Source of the DNA: a virus
Lineage: Duplodnaviria > Caudoviricetes
DNA length: 55,767 bases
IMG/VR virus record: IMGVR_UViG_3300012943_000007
Location: 1 to 55,767 of that record
Reading direction: 5' to 3' (one strand)
How positions within the stretch are numbered: the stretch's first letter is position 1; the number at the start of each line of letters is the position of its first letter. The notes under the pieces were generated by a model. That model did not search any database, was not told where the DNA came from, and worked only from the letters and a program-made list of their open reading frames with translations. Of the stretch, positions 55,525-55,767 are shown piece after piece. The translations under genes were made by a program, and so were the position numbers.

Positions 55525-55767
55525 AACAGTATTCCTTTGCGCCATTGATCCGACGTTGGTCGTTAAGATCGAGCGCGACACGGATTATTTCGTTGGCGCG
55601 AACGCGGCGGAATGGCGTTGGTGGGACGAACTGCAATATGCGCCAACTTATGCGCGTTGGCTCGCGCCGTGCAAGTGGATCAGCCCGAACGGTCGGATCA
55701 TGTTGCAGATGCGAACGACGCACATTCCGGCGGATCGCGTGCCCGATAAGCTTCCGGCGTTTCTCTG
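55442..55767 (+). CDS. minimal protein-kinase-like fold protein (145 aa, continues to 235 after circularisation)
   Basis: GTG 55442; LGAGIHRTVF, VVKIE, N..EW, D.K.EN, V..DY. Confidence 0.7.
   Translation, partial: MNNYELNIIAQEALNLLCGKELGAGIHRTVFLCAIDPTLVVKIERDTDYFVGANAAEWRWWDELQYAPTYARWLAPCKWISPNGRIMLQMRTTHIPADRVPDKLPAFL
55645..55767. repeat. 123-bp direct terminal repeat (right copy)
   Basis: Identical to 1-123. Confidence 0.95.

Overview
This looks like a complete, circularly permuted genome of a tailed dsDNA siphophage. Positions 1-123 repeat exactly at 55645-55767, giving a unit length of about 55,644 bp. No integrase, repressor cassette, tRNA or CRISPR array was seen, so it is probably lytic. 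TTGAC-N17-CTATAT-type promoters and apparent GANTC avoidance suggest an alphaproteobacterial host. The + strand carries TerS/TerL, portal, scaffold, a P22-type coat protein, head-tail and tail genes, three tail fibre/chaperone pairs and a GH19 lysis cassette. Three self-promoted minus-strand islands interrupt this late region. The right part holds a family B-like DNA polymerase, SSB, Cas4-like nuclease, helicase, VRR-NUC, a primase and a candidate origin. The main unexplained signal is an N-terminal leader, [IL]-S-x-[VL]-A-L-[MA]-A-A-[FM], shared by four unrelated virion proteins (portal, scaffold, tail tube, third fibre). Related leaders sit on the coat protein and on an early protein, and no prohead protease is recognisable. 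This suggests a leader-directed processing or targeting system. Also notable are a split macrodomain gene, a Tat-leader/tail-collar fusion, a kinase-like gene spanning the assembly junction and a twin-hairpin RNA leader before the coat gene. All family calls come from motif recognition by eye; no database searches were run.
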